A stretch of DNA of 63,455 nucleotides, the filler included, from Octopus bimaculoides (Eukaryota): NCBI RefSeq assembly GCF_001194135.2. It is 5 parts of 5 records of this genome, joined end to end, with 100 filler letters (N's around TTAATTAATTAA, not from the genome) between each part and the next. Parts side by side here need not be neighbours in the genome. Positions count along the whole stretch, not along the records: positions 1 to 13,732 come from NC_068982.1; 4 more parts are not named here. One strand, 5' to 3'. Shown here in pieces: positions 1 to 11,405 of this stretch. The translations under genes and the position numbers were made by a program. Numbering within the stretch: the first letter of the stretch is position 1; each line of letters opens with the position of its first letter. The notes below the pieces were generated by a model, which saw only the letters and a program-made list of their open reading frames with translations, was not told the DNA's origin and did no database searches.

Positions 1-1
1 A

Positions 2-176
2 CTTACAAATATATATAACATACAGAAAATTGCACTACTGGGTACTGCACACATTCTACGCAAAACACTTTCAATACAGTAAACATAAGAGCACCACAGC
101 AAACCACAGCACATACCCAAGGCGCACAGAGCTGCGCTCGGTAGTGAAGTGAAAGCACGTTATAAAAATAAAACTA

Positions 177-263
<87 letters not shown>

Positions 264-265
264 CA
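2..265 (+). mobile_element. 3' end of an R4/Dong-like (restriction-like endonuclease) non-LTR retrotransposon with (ATA)n tail
   Basis: 2-82 translates LTNIYNIQKIALLGTAHILRKTLSIQ*, the typical C-terminus (QKxxLLGTAxILR) of RLE-class LINE ORFs. A short 3' UTR and a long (ATA)n run (about 178-265) follow. Confidence 0.65.
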
Positions 266-2659
266 TGATGATGATGATGATGATGATAGTAATAAATTGA
301 CAAAAACTACCGAAATAAATAAAAATAAAGCAAGAAAGATGGAATAAATTGCTACACCGAAATTTCAGCTTCATCGTGGTATATAACATAAACGTAGTTT
401 CCAAAAATAAACGCCTGTGTTTAAAATAAGAAAAACTGCAAATATTTTTGCATCATCTTAGATACTACTAGCATCTAAGTGACAGAATAAAGAGCTATGA
501 GTTCATAGCGGTCTCTATCTATCTATCTATCTATCTATAATGAGAATATGTCGTGACGTCGAGTACTACTGCAACTGTAATCACAAGGCGTTCGACATAA
601 AACAATAATAATTCTTTAATTGCATAACCAGCCTACGCAACCGAACACTGACTAAATGTAGCTGGTAACTTAGAAACCAAATACCTGCAAAAAGTAGCAT
701 CGAACTAAACGACGTCTCCCACTGAGACTTAGCAGCAATTAGGGAGTTAAACTGGAAAATGAACAGAAGGCTTACACTAACTACTCGCAAGTAGAACGAA
801 TGGAATAATAATAGAACATCGATGTTTACATATTAAGACTAGCTACAGTGAAAAGATTATAGATATATGACTATTTATTTTAGTAATCTATAACAAATAA
901 AGAGCAAGATTTTTAAAAAAAGACGTAATGACAAAGGCAGTTATAGGTATTGAGAAGAAAGGACTTTATTTCGAGCAAATGAAATAAGAAAATATATTCT
1001 ACTACCGAGGAGAAAATTTAATTGAGAACTTTTATTTATATTAACAATACAAAGACTCGCGTGGTAAAAGAAAATAATAAGCAGATCGATAACGATTAAA
1101 ATATTTACAATATATTCATTACTTTAGGAATGTTTAAAGATTATCTCTGATCAAGATTAGGTCAGCTTGTTTATGTTGTCATATCACCGTCCTAGCTTTC
1201 TTTATATAGAAGAGTTCTATTGGTGGAGTTATTTATGTTGGACCCAAACCTTGCAGGTGCTTGCACGCTAAGGTACAGCTATTCATTTTGTTTACATCCT
1301 CCTACTTGATATTTCTGAATGAATTAATGTTTTATTGAAAGGTTTCAACTCATATTTCAAATTTAATTTATTGTGTTGGTGGAAGTTAGTAGTCAGGATT
1401 AGATCGTGTTGTGGATAAACCTAAGTTTTTGCCTGCTTGATCTGAATGTGACAAGTTAGCGTTAAAACATGTTTTTTATTGATTCAAAACAAACCCCAAA
1501 CTTCTATATCTATAAATTATTTTATTTCAGCAGTTCTTAAATTCAGTTTCTTTTATATTAAGCATATTTCTGTCATCTGTTTATGTAAAAATAAATTTTT
1601 TTTTATCATTTTAGGTTTCATTCACCAGAAAACAATGATTAAAATTATTTTTTCGCTAATATAAAAAGCTTCTTGTTGTTTTGATAGGTTTAGTGGGCAA
1701 AACAAGGTTTACCGTATTTTAAACGTTTTCTTACATCGATTGTTTTTTTATTATTATTATTTTGAAGCTGAGCTATAGAAGCATTTCTTTGAACTCAGCA
1801 CCGATCTTATTTACTATTCATTATTGCCATTACTTAGAAAACGAAGAAAATAGCTTCTCATCCATTTATACTCGTGTTAGCAATTCAATACAGAGCATTT
1901 CCAAACGTCGATTAACATGTTATTTTGAGGGCAGCGAGAAAACGATAGACTGTGGGTCGGGCATAAATTGCTGAAGAAATTTTGGCTGCAAGCGAGAGTT
2001 TAAATTTATTTGCAAAATCCATCATTTCTATACAACTGTAAAAGCATGCATTTAATTAAATCAAATAAACAACAGCAAAACGTGATGCAGCATGGCCGCT
2101 GCCAATCCAGGTGAAATTAATAAACCAGCTAATTCGCTTGCCTTTATATATGCATACGAATGCTAGTTATATATAAATTGATAAACCTGGGAGTTATAAT
2201 ATAAAACCTGCAGCAACATATTTTAGATGATATTAACTGCTATGTATGTATTTTATAACATCAAATTAAACAATTCCATTACTTCAGCTGTAACAAGGTA
2301 GCTAAACGTTTTTAGGTTAGAATTGAAGAGGTCTCGAATTTTGTCATGTAACGATATTTTATCTCTTGTCGGTATTGATTTAACAGCCATTCCAATCTTG
2401 ACCACCCAATTCGACTGAATATCTGCGATTACATTTTTCAACACGACCTCCCTTAAAATCAAAACAAACAAAAATAGTAGTGTGTGTACTGGAAGTATTT
2501 GACTGTTATTTCTAGCAGCCTGGGCGATCGCGTAGATGTTTCCTGGTTGGCTTGTCCTGGCCTTTTCTCTAATTTTTAAACAAATAACTCAAGGCATTTT
2601 TATCCAATTCTGTAATGATTCTTGTTAATCCTCCACTCCTCTTTGTAACAATGCTTACT

Positions 2660-2830
2660 ACTTTAGGCACAAGTCGATATGATCCCAGTGTTCAAATGGT
2701 ACTTATTTTATCGACTACAAAAAAAAAAAAAAAATGAAAGGGTAAATCGAGCCCAGCGGAATTTGAACTCAGAACGTAAAGACGGACTAAATGCTACTAG
2801 GCATTTTTCCCGGCGTGACGTCCACCCTGC
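2660..2830 (-). mobile_element. tRNA-derived SINE family B, partial
   Basis: Reverse complement of the family B head and core (cacgccgggaaaaatgcctagt...ttctgagttcaaattccgctgg...ctttcat...ataaaataagtacc). Confidence 0.65.
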
Positions 2831-2844
2831 CAGTTCGTCACTTG

Positions 2845-3205
2845 ACTCTTACTCTTTTACTTGTTTCAGTCATTTGACTGCAGCCATGCTGGAGCACCGC
2901 CTTTAGTCGAGGAAATCGACCCCGGGACTTATTCTTTGTAAGCCTAGTACTTATTCTATCGGTCTCTTTTTGCTGAACCGCTAAGTTAGGGGACGTAAAC
3001 ACACCAGCATCAGTTGTCAAGCGATGTTGGGTGGGGGCAACACAGACACACAAACATATACACACACATACATATATACACATATATACGACGAACTTCT
3101 TTCAGTTTCCGTCTACCAAATCCACTCACAAGGCTTTGGTTGGCCCGAGGCTATAGTAGAAGACAGTTGCCCAAGGTGCCACGCAGTGGGACTGAACCCT
3201 GCACC
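2845..3205 (-). mobile_element. tRNA-derived SINE family A
   Basis: Matches the roughly 400-bp repeat at 6.3, 7.5, 16.0, 43.2 and 54.8 kb (gactgcagccatgctggagcaccgcctttagtcgag...gtgggactgaaccc). Confidence 0.8.
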
Positions 3206-3434
3206 ATGGGTATTTGCCATTGAGAGGTTTTCCATACCATTTATCAGTCATAATATCTAAGGCAGCAGTTTGTAAACATAAGGACACAAGAAATGTGTCA
3301 AGGCCAACAGGAAGCAGTGCAGCTTCCTAGGTCTAACCAACAGTAGTATTATTCCCTTCAGGGGACTGTCAGATTAAGTTGGCTTCATACAACTACTTCA
3401 GGTATACTTTTATTATATCAAGGATATCAAGAAC

Positions 3435-3950
3435 AACTGACTGGCTCCCGTGCTGGTGGCACGTAAAAAGCACCATTTGAGCATGATCGTTGCCAGTGCC
3501 GCCTGACTGGCTCCCATGCCGGTGGCATGTAAAAAGCACCATTCGAGTGTGGTTGATGCCAGTGCTGCCTGACTGGCTCCCGTGCTGGTGGCACATAAAA
3601 AGCACCATTCGAATGTGGTCGATGCCAGTACTGCCTGACTGGGCCTCATGCCAGTGGCATTTAAAAATGCTCCNNNNNNNNNNCCCGTGCTGGTGGCACA
3701 TAAAAAGCACCATTCGAATGTGGTCGATGCCAGTACTGCCTGACTGGGCCTCATGCCAGTGGCATTTAAAAATGCTCCCACTACACTCTCGGAGTGGTTG
3801 GTGTTAGGAAGGGCATCCAGCTGTAGAAACTTTGCCAGATTGGATTGGAGCCTGGCGTAGCCTTCTGGCTTGCCAGTCCTCAGTCAAACCGTCCAACCCA
3901 TGGAAAGCAGACATTAAACAACGACAACAGTGATGATGATGATGATGATG
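3435..3950 (-). mobile_element. Interspersed repeat family C with internal 66-bp tandem units
   Basis: 66-bp units start at 3437, 3503, 3569 and 3635. The unique part (ctacagctggatgcccttcctaac...aaccactccgagagtgtagtgg) is shared with 4380-4900, 8330-8750 and 12775-13085. Confidence 0.75.
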
Positions 3951-4379
3951 AACTCTGGGTCATTTATAGCAACTGTTTATCCTTGGCAGTGCTGTCTCTT
4001 CTGCTAGTATGTAATTAAGACATACTTCATTTCACATATACTGTAATATATTGTCCTGTATATAATATCTAATATATAATAAAGACATATTTCATTTCAT
4101 ATATACTATAAAGTATCCATATATATTTAATGTAAGAAATAATGATATATTTCATTTCATGCATATTTTCATAGGTTTTCATACATTTCTCTGGCATGCA
4201 GATGACACTGTAGTTTAATATAGAACTGTATAATTGCAATGCATTTGTCTGTCTCTTTATAATACATAATATGATATACATTTTATTTATCTTCTTACTT
4301 GTATTTTGAAAATAAATGCTTAAAGTTGTGTACATATGATATGCAACATTACATACCTCCCAAAATGATCATAGAAATA

Positions 4380-4900
4380 TATCATCATCATCATCATCAT
4401 CAGTCTGCTTTCCATGCTGGCATGGGTTGGACAGTTTGGCTGATAACTGGTAAGCTGGGGAGCAACACTAGGTTCTGATCTGATTTAGTAAGGTTTCTAC
4501 GGCTGGATGCCTGCCCTTCTTAATGTCAACCACTCCAAGAGCGTAGTGGGTGTTTTCTTTTCATGTCGCCGGCACGGGTGCCAATGACCTGACACAGGCA
4601 TTGGCCACAACTACGGTCTCACTTGGCTTGACAAGTCTACACAAACACAGTATATCGCCAAAGGTTTTGGTCACCTGTCACTGCCTCCATGAGACCCAAT
4701 GCTCGAAAAGTTCTTTTTATGTGCCATCAGCATGGGTGCCAGTCAGACGGCACTGGCATCAGCCATGACTACGATTTTACTCAGTTCGACAGGTCTTCTC
4801 AAGCACAGCATATTGCCCAATGATTGAAGGATGTTTTCAACAGGTCATTTACACGACAGTGGCATTGACCACAATTACGATATGTATATGGGTGAAGGCA
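4380..4900 (+). mobile_element. Family C repeat, degenerate
   Basis: Begins with (atc)n then ctgctttccatgctggcatgggttggac; carries diverged internal units. Confidence 0.65.
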
Positions 4901-5010
4901 CATGGTCACTATACCATCGGCTGGATTCCTGGACCAGGTGGCACTTTGTGTTCTTGAGTAAAACACTTCATTTCACATTGCTTTGCAGAATCTATGGCAG
5001 AAATGTTTTA

Positions 5011-6104
5011 TGCGGTCTGATCAATAAGTCTCCAGACTATTGCTATAGTAATGAAGCTAAAGCATGGAGAGTGAAGCTGCTTCGCACAGATTGACCTTGG
5101 ACTCTGCTGTGTATGCACGCTAAGTTTTAACATTCTAGCCCACTTCTGCTGTTTACAGCAGTGCTTGGAAGGAAGGTGTGTAGTGAGTGATTGTTGTATT
5201 GACCATGGTAGAGAAAGTTGTGATGGTGATGTCTGCTCAGAGGCCTTTCCAAAGCTTTCATTGTTCTCGACACAATCCAGGAGATCTTGTGCAACTGAAA
5301 CCTGAGTGTCGTAAGGCGGCGAACTGGGAGAAATGTTAGCACGCCGGGCAAAATGCTTAGCGGTATTTCATCTGCCGCTACGTTCTGAGTTCAAATTCCG
5401 CTGAGGTCGACTTTGCCTTTCATCCTTTCGGGGTTGATTAAATAAGCACCAGTTACACACTGGGGTCAATATAATCGACTTAATCCATTTCTCTGTTCTT
5501 GTTTGTCCCCTCTGTGTCTAGCCCCTTGTGGTTAGTAAAGAAATATGAAACCGGAGTGTCATTTTGGTCAGCTGAAACCAGTTTTGGCACAAATGTGCCA
5601 GGCACGCGTCTAATACCCAAATCTTCAGTGATAATGGACTGAACTGAACTGTAACTAATCTGCACATCCTCTGATAACTCACGGATGGTGATTTGACAAT
5701 TTCCCCTTACAGCTGCATGCGCATCTGCAATATTTTTCTCAGTTCTGCTTGTTGTGGGTCTCCCAGAACATTTGTCAATATCGACATTTTTCAGCCATCT
5801 TGGAAATGTGCGAACCACTCATACACATGTGTGCGGCTCACACACTCCTCTCCATACACTTTCTTAAACTTTGCATAGGCCTCAGAACAAGCATCGCCAT
5901 CACAACTTTCTCTCTCATGGTCAATGTAACGATCACACACTACACACCTTCCTTCCAAACACTGCTGTAAACAGCAAAAGTAAGCTAGAACTTAGTGCAC
6001 CTGCACAGGAAAATTCAAGGTCAAACTGTGCCAAGCGGCTTCACTTTGCGTGCCTTAGCTTCGTTACTATGGCAACAGTCTGGTTAATTATTGATCAGAC
6101 CTTG
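5011..6104. mobile_element. Mariner-derived composite with two 5' ends and a transposase HTH remnant
   Basis: TA-flanked ends share GGTCTGATCAATAA in inverted orientation (TA at 5009-5010 and 6105-6106), and about 240 bp of homology continues inward. The minus strand at 5550-5800 gives SGRPTTSRTEKNI..VRGNCQITIRELSEDVQISYSSVQSIITEDLGIRRVPGTFVPKLVSADQ, a mariner DNA-binding region. Confidence 0.75.
5313..5545 (+). mobile_element. SINE family B inserted in the mariner composite
   Basis: aaggcggcgaactgg...ttctgagttcaaattccgctgaggtcgactttgcctttcatcctttcgggg...gccccttgtgg. The gcctttcatcctttcgggg core resembles the Deu/Nin SINE central domain (from memory). Confidence 0.8.
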
Positions 6105-6258
6105 TACAGTATATATCTACAATCTGAGTTCAAATTCCACTTGCCTGGAAGGCAATTGATTACTGCTCCAGTGTTCATGCAAAGTCTAGCTATGATAACC
6201 AACGTTCCAGTTATCTAGTTTAGAGCAGTAGGGGAAGGTTTTGACAAATAACAAACAT

Positions 6259-6660
6259 TAGGCGTAGGAGTGGCTGAGTGGTAAGTAGCTTGCTTACGAA
6301 CCACATGGTGCCGGGTTCAGTCCCACTGTGTGACACCTTGGGCAAGTGTCTTTTACTATAGCCTCAGGCCGACCAAAGCCTTGTGAGTGAATTTGGTAGA
6401 TGGAAACTGAAAGAAGCCCATCATATATATGTATGTGTGTGTGTATATGTTTGTGTGTCTGTGTTTGTCCCCACCAACATTGCTTGACAACCAATGCTGG
6501 TGTGTTTACGTCCCTGTAACTTAGCGGTTCAGCAAAAGTGACCGCTAGAATAAGTACTAGGCTTACAAAGAATAAGTCCTGGGGTTGATTTGCTCGACTA
6601 AAGGCAATGCTTTAGCATGGCCACAGACAAATGACTGAAACAAGTAAAAGGGTAAAAGAG
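6259..6660 (+). mobile_element. SINE family A, near full length
   Basis: tRNA-like head (A box tggctgagtgg, B-box-like ggttcagtccc) through the gactgaaacaagtaaaag tail. Confidence 0.85.
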
Positions 6661-7041
6661 TATTAATTGGACACTTGCAATTCACAAATAACCAGGTTGC
6701 TCCTTATCTTCTAAGTATGGTTAGCAACAGATCTGGGGCTTTTAGCAAACCCATCCAGCCAGAATAAAACTCTTATCAGTGACTGTATCAATCTACATCA
6801 AGACAATGAAACGCAAGTCAAGCTGAGACCATAACTTTATCTGTTTTTTTTTTTAGCAGAATGGAGAAACATTTCAAAAATGAAATTAAAGAAATTACCA
6901 ATGACCATTGTTGCTTAGTGTTAGGTCAGTTCACTTGTCAGACTGATATGCTCCAGTTCTATATTTAAGAGATGAGGAATTATGTGCATTACTTACATTA
7001 TTTACATTTGATGGATATTTGTCCTCATCTTGTCTGTTGTT

Positions 7042-7087
7042 AAAACAACGTTTCGGCTGATATACTCTCCAGCCTTCATCAGGTGTC
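7042..7087 (-). ncRNA. Minimal type I hammerhead ribozyme motif
   Basis: gacac CUGAUGA A GGCUG-(10 nt)-CAGCC GAA ACGU U guuuu. The core is intact, stem II is 5 bp, stem III is the palindrome ACGU, and stem I is partly mismatched. Confidence 0.65.
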
Positions 7088-7358
7088 TTGGGGAAATTTC
7101 AAACCTGGGTTCTCATCTCTAAGGTATTTTTCGATGTTATTATTATTATTATTATTATCATCATTATTATTATTATTATTATTATTCAGGTCATATGCCC
7201 ACGGGCATATGGCGTAGTGGTTAAGAGCGTGGGCTACTAACCCAAAGATTCCGAGTTCTATTCCAAGCAGAGACCTGAACAACAACAACTACAACAATAA
7301 TAATAATAACATCGAAAAATACCTTAGGAATGAGAACCCAGGTTCGAAATTTCCCCAA

Positions 7359-7404
7359 GACACCTAAAGAAGGCTGGAGGGTATATCAGCCGAAATGTTG
7401 TGCT
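7359..7404 (+). ncRNA. Decayed hammerhead motif (sister copy)
   Basis: gacac CUAAAGA A GGCUG...CAGCC GAAAUGUU gugcu. The core is mutated at G5, but stem I pairing (cac/gug) is better kept than in the left copy. Confidence 0.45.
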
Positions 7405-7489
7405 AACAACAAACAAGATGAGGACAAATATCCATCAAATGTAAATAATGTAAATAATGATATGCTCCAGCTGTGACCATTCTGTTTAT

Positions 7490-7855
7490 TGTTATCTTTT
7501 ACTTGTTTCAGTTGTTAGACTGTGGCCATGCTGGGGCATTGCCTTGAAGAGTCTTTTGATTGACAGAATCAAACCCAGTATCTTTTTTTTTTATGAAGCC
7601 CTGGTGCTTATTCTATTAGTCTCTTTTGCCAAACAGCTAAGTTATGGGGATGTAAACACACCAACACCGGCTGTCACGCACATATATACACACAAAACAG
7701 GCTTCTTTCAGTTTCTGCTTACCAAATCCACCCACAAGACTTTGGTTGACCTGAGGTTATAGTAGAAGGTACTTGCTCAAGGTGTTACGCAGTGGGACTG
7801 AACCTGGAACCATGTTGTCGGGAAGCAAGCTTCTTACCGCATAGCCATGCCTACA
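7490..7855 (-). mobile_element. SINE family A, diverged
   Basis: Homologous to 2845-3205. Confidence 0.75.
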
Positions 7856-8329
7856 CCATTCTGTCTATTTTTATTTTTAGTTATTGTTTTAGGCATAATG
7901 TATCTTGCACTACATTATCTTATGTGTTCTTGTTTAAGGCAGTGATGTGGAGTTTCATTGGGATTTGGTTTGCTGCTATTTCTAGCATGTCAAACAGTCA
8001 CTTGTATTATTAAAGATTTACTTGATTGTGTAGTGTATTCATTCAAAGAAACTTGGACTGTTCTAAACAATCGACAATTTGTGCCAATAAAAATTTTGGC
8101 TCGATTTCAGACAATTTAAGACTGAGGGAAAATACCTCCAGGGCATATGGTCTATATATATTTTTTTAATATAACACAGGATATTGGCTTAAATATAAAT
8201 AAACTTGCTCACCAATTTGTAATATACAGAAAGTTATCAACCTATTCTTAATAGTGGAACCTTCTGTAGTAAATGTCAGAGATATCCCAGTACATATATT
8301 TAATGAAGATATATATATATCATCATCGT

Positions 8330-8750
8330 CATCATCATCATCATTTAACGTCTGCTTTCCATGCTAGCATGGGTTGGATGATTTGACTGGGGATTGGCAA
8401 ACCAGATGGCTACACCAGGCTCCAATCTGATCTGGCAGAGTTTCTACAGCTGGATGCCCTTCCTAATGCCAACCACTTCAAGAGTGTAGTGGATACCTTT
8501 TTATGTGTCACCTGCATGGGGGCCAGTCCGGTGGTACTGGCAAGGGCTATGCTCAAATGGTGTTTTTTACGTGCCACCTGCACAGGAGTCAGTCCAATGT
8601 TTTGTTCACATGCCACCGGCACAAGTGCCAGTAAGGCGAAGCTGGAAATGATCACGCTCAAATGGTGCTTTTTACGTGCCACTGGCACGGAAGCAAGACT
8701 GCTGCTCTGGCAGTGATCCCGCTCGGATGGTGCTGCTAGCGCTCCATTNN
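8330..8750 (+). mobile_element. Family C repeat
   Basis: (atc)n-tttaacgtctgctttccatgctagcatggg head plus gtgccac..cac-containing units; ends at a gap. Confidence 0.7.
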
Positions 8751-9009
8751 NNNNNNNNNNNNNNNNNNNNNNNNNNNNNNNNNNNNNNNNNNNNNNNNNN
8801 NNNNNNNNNNNNNNNNNNNNNNNNNNNNNNNNNNNNNNNNNNNNNNNNNNNNNNNNNNNNNNNNNNNNNNNNNNNNNNNNNNNNNNNNNNNNNNNNNNNN
8901 NNNNNNNNNNNNNNNNNNNNNNNNNNNNNNNNNNNNNNNNNNNNNNNNNNNNNNNNNNNNNNNNNNNNNNNNNNNNNNNNNNNNNNNNNNNNNNNNNNNN
9001 TATATATAT

Positions 9010-9320
9010 ATAGTGAAGGTGTGTGGCTTAGTGGTGAGAGCGTTTGGCTCATGATAGTAAGATCGTGAGTTCAATTCCTGGCAACTCATTGTGTCCTTGA
9101 GCAAGACACTTTATTTCACTTTGCTCCAGTCTAACTCAGCTGGCAAAAATGAGTAGTACCTATATTTCAAAAGGCCAGTCTTGTCACACTGTATCTCTCT
9201 GAGAACTATGTGCAGGGTACACGTGTCTTTGGAGTGCTCATCCACTTGCACATTAATTTCATGAGCAAGCTGTTCCATTGATCATATCAGCTGGGACCCT
9301 TATCGTCATAACCGATGGAG
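9010..9320 (+). mobile_element. tRNA-derived SINE family E
   Basis: gtgtggcttagtgg...gagttcaattcctgg head; body shared with 32880-33090 (+) and 55085-55410 (-). Confidence 0.7.
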
Positions 9321-9373
9321 TGCTCCTTCTCCTCATTATATGAGGTCCTATATAAACAAACTGACTGCCTTAA

Positions 9374-9590
9374 CCCTTTGGTATTCAGATTACCCTGTCA
9401 AATATAAGGCCTATTTATTCATATTGTTTGAAATTAATCATGTATAATTTTAGAGCTCAGAGATTTCAATGATGTGATTGTTTATTCTTAGAATGACATT
9501 GTAAGATAGGTGTGAGATGCTGGATCTGGCCACTTTACACATGGAACAAGTAGAATATTTGGGCCAGATGTGAACTGTTTAAATTCATTG
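9374..9590. mobile_element. Possible piggyBac-type MITE, one end only
   Basis: Starts TTAA|CCCTTTG (TTAA at 9370-9373). No matching right end was found. Confidence 0.3.
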
Positions 9591-10234
9591 TAGATTCTAA
9601 GTGAACCAACAAGACTAGAGTATATTGTTGACGTTCCTGCAGCTGTTACAGCATGAGCGTATAATTTAAACATTATAACACTGCTGGTGATAGAATTAGG
9701 AGAGAGACAGCCATGTGGTGGATAATGGAACAGCCTTTAGCTGTAGGGGTTAGTGGTGAATATGAAAATAAACTGGCCTAGAACAGACATGATAGTCACC
9801 CAGACTAGGGCTACAAAGGAAGCCATGGCAAGTAGTATGGTGAATGTGTAGCCTCAGTGAAATAGTCATCCATTGACCAGTGATAAAACTTACGTGACTG
9901 TGAGTAGCAGATTGAATGACCACAAAAGTTTTCCAATTGACTCAAAAGGCCACAGATTTTGTTTTCTGTTTTCTTGCTGGATGTGGCAAAAGGAGTTGTA
10001 TGCATTGGTGCTGTTGTATAGCCCTGGATCAACTTGGGTGAACCTATGATCAGAGCCATTCCAAAAGTATTGTGTATTCTGGGATTACATTATCCAAAAT
10101 GTTTTTGCTTTTCTCTTTTAAGATGGCAGTATGTAATTCATGGGAGATTTGGCTGTTATTTCTAGCAAACCGAGTGATCACATAAAAACTTCCCTTATTG
10201 GTTCACATCTATTGTTTATTGGTCACATGTTTTG

Positions 10235-10700
10235 CCATATTCTGAACGCCTTACTTCCCTGGGTATAGATACATCGAAACTCTGACGCCTGGCAGCTGAC
10301 TTGGCAGATGCCCATAAAATAATTAACCCTCTTACTAACAATAACTCTGAGCACCTTTTCAAATTCCACCTGTCTAACACCTGTGGACATGTTTACAAAG
10401 TCAGAAAACAGCACAGTTCCCATGACTTTCATCAACACTTTTTCACGCTAAGAGTTGCTGAAGTATGGAACAAACTGCCAGCATCAGTTGTTAGTTGTTG
10501 GAGAACTGCATGCTTCCTGAGATTTGCCAACACTACACATGATATTCTCCCCTCCATACACACGCAAGCATGTATCTGACTCATACACTGTTCACTTTCC
10601 AGACATTTGTACAATACTTCATATGCTTTATACACACTTTTGACAAGTTGTAGTGCACCTGAGCACTGTATACAATCAGTTCATTATTATTATTATTAAG
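10235..10700 (+). mobile_element. CR1/L2-type LINE 3' end
   Basis: Translates ...SNTCGHVYKVRKQHSSHDFHQHFFTLRVAEVWNKLPASVV (RGH..K...FF..RV...WN.LP motif) and ends in a (tta)n tail. Confidence 0.8.
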
Positions 10701-10822
10701 ATAGAAGTCAATGAATATTATCATCTTGAAGAGTTATCTTTCTAAATGTAATAAAAATAAATATTTTACTCTATTTTGCAGGTTGTTGTCATCTGGCTGT
10801 TGATCTTCTCAGATTTTTCACC

Positions 10823-10887
10823 ATGTATCTAAAGATTGTCCTCATCAGCATTTCAGCCTTGCTTCTCCAACATATATGCGGTTTTAT
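10823..10887 (+). CDS. Candidate first coding segment (signal peptide) of a nested antisense gene; exon 10782-10887
   Basis: Acceptor tattttactctattttgcAG ends at 10781, then ttcaccATG at 10823 and MYLKIVLISISALLLQHICGF. Donor GTAAGT at 10888 (phase 2). Confidence 0.45.
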
Positions 10888-10919
10888 GTAAGTCATAATC
10901 ATTGTCCATATTTGTATTC

Positions 10920-11152
10920 ATGTGTGCATATGTTTGTGTGTCTGTGTTTGTCCCTCCAACATCGCTTGACAACTGACGCTGGTGTGTTTACATCCCCCGT
11001 AACTTAGCAGTTTGGCAAAAGAGACCGATAGAATAAGTACTAGGCTTACAAAGAATAAGTCCTGGGATCGATTTGCTCGACTAAAAGCGGTGCTCTAGCA
11101 TGGACACAGACAAAGACTGAATCAAGTAAAAGAGTAAAAGAGAAGCCTACTG

Positions 11153-11196
<44 letters not shown>

Positions 11197-11405
11197 TGTT
11201 CCCTCTTCACTGCTTGACAACCAATGCTGGTGTGTTTAGGTCCCCGTAACCTAGCAGCTCAGCAAAAGACACTGATAGAATAAGTACTAGGCGTAAAAAA
11301 AAAAAAAAGTCCTGGGGTAGATTTGTTTGACTAAAACCCCTTTAAGGCAGTGCTCCAGCATGGCCACAGTCTAATGACTGAAACAAGTAAAGGATAGAAA
11401 AATAA
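10920..11405 (+). mobile_element. Two tandem 3' halves of SINE family A separated by (TG)n
   Basis: Both carry cttgacaac...gtaacttagc...gaataagtactaggc...gactgaa.caagtaaa. Confidence 0.75.

Larger units (their letters stand above)
6957..7457. mobile_element. Head-to-head dimer of a tRNA-SINE-like element carrying a hammerhead module, with 13-bp TSD
   Basis: Inverted arms about 6987-7192 and 7272-7459. Direct repeat TGATATGCTCCAG at 6944-6956 and 7458-7470. tRNA-like head from 7203 with A box TGGCGTAGTGG (7210-7220) and B box GAGTTCTATTCC (7253-7264). Confidence 0.8.

Noticed and set aside
692-758. Minus-strand AG...GT interval encoding FNSLIAAKSQWETSFSSMLLFA
   Set aside because: Does not resemble the sequence expected after the TBC1D PTB exon (VPxxISSIRQ-like), and the donor (GTATTT) is weak.
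3437-3700. Regular 66-bp repeats superficially like a CRISPR array
   Set aside because: The units are wholly repeated with no unique spacers, there are no cas genes, and the context is eukaryotic.
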